This document shows, piece by piece, positions 63,553 to 64,000 of a stretch of DNA of 64,000 bases. The notes beneath the pieces were generated by a model. That model was not told the DNA's origin and searched no databases. It saw only the letters and a list, made by a program, of their open reading frames with translations. The DNA comes from Escherichia phage BP9, in sequence record PP488543.1. The stretch is one strand, 5' to 3'. The position numbers and the translations under genes are program-made. Positions within the stretch are counted from its first letter, which is position 1. Each line of letters begins with the position of its first letter.

Positions 63553-64000
63553 GTGGCTAAGTATGGATTGACAGAGGCTGGTTTCGTTATACCAACCCTA
63601 AATGACCTAATCGTTGAAACTAAGCAAAGCCTGATCCGTGCTTTTGGCGAAAACTTCAACGTACAGAGTAACTCCGTTGCAGATAAGCTGACCACTATCT
63701 TCAACGAGCGAGAGTATCAACTTATTCTTATGGCAGCATCTGTATACGCATCACAGACGCTGTATGGGGCAGAAGGTATTTACCTAGATGAGCTTCTTGG
63801 AAGACAGGGTATTTACCGAAGAGGCCGTTCTAAATCATCAGGTACCTGCCAGTTGACAATCAACACAACTGTGCCGTACAATATGATTTATGATTCCAAA
63901 ACTTATACGCTGGACAGTGGCAACTTTGTTCTTAGCAACGATGTGCAAGTAGCAGGGAATCTTATTGCTCACAGAATAAATGCTCCAGACCTAAGGATTG
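63553..64000 (+). CDS. hypothetical structural protein, 3' end truncated by window edge
   Basis: GTG 63553 with GGAGGA SD; frame open to end of window (MAKYGLTEAGFVIPTLNDL...); not in track because no stop in window. Confidence 0.4.
   Translation, partial: MAKYGLTEAGFVIPTLNDLIVETKQSLIRAFGENFNVQSNSVADKLTTIFNEREYQLILMAASVYASQTLYGAEGIYLDELLGRQGIYRRGRSKSSGTCQLTINTTVPYNMIYDSKTYTLDSGNFVLSNDVQVAGNLIAHRINAPDLRI

Overview
This 64-kb window looks like part of a large virulent tailed dsDNA bacteriophage genome, probably infecting a Gram-negative (enterobacteria-like) host; the host guess rests on a lambda R-like endolysin, sigma70-like promoters and E. coli-like tRNAs. Layout: (1) positions 1-26220 are a minus-strand block of nucleotide metabolism (aerobic nrdAB and anaerobic nrdDG ribonucleotide reductases, glutaredoxin, ThyX-like, dNMP kinase, nucleotidase), PhoH, a ClpP-family protease, two DNA methyltransferases, recombination/repair nucleases, an ATP-dependent DNA ligase and the endolysin; (2) 24.1-27.3 kb is a divergently transcribed RNA-repair cluster (Sir2-like protein, RNA ligase, polynucleotide kinase, phosphoesterase); (3) 27.7-31.2 kb holds an operator-like palindrome array, two GC-rich structured noncoding elements and a tRNA island (6 canonical tRNAs plus one atypical tRNA-like element); (4) 31.5-64 kb is a plus-strand late module (spanins, large terminase, portal, scaffold, capsid, sheath-like and tube-like proteins, chaperone with -1 frameshift, tape measure, baseplate/spike, tail fibers, a lambda J-like distal protein). 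The most interesting candidate system is the RNA-repair cluster with the phage Sir2-like enzyme, sitting beside the tRNA island and two structured RNA-like elements. All functional calls are from motif reading by eye; no database search was run. ORF coordinates follow the supplied track; coordinates I derived myself (tRNAs, promoters, terminators, micro-ORF, frameshift site) were hand-counted and may be off by 1-2 nt.
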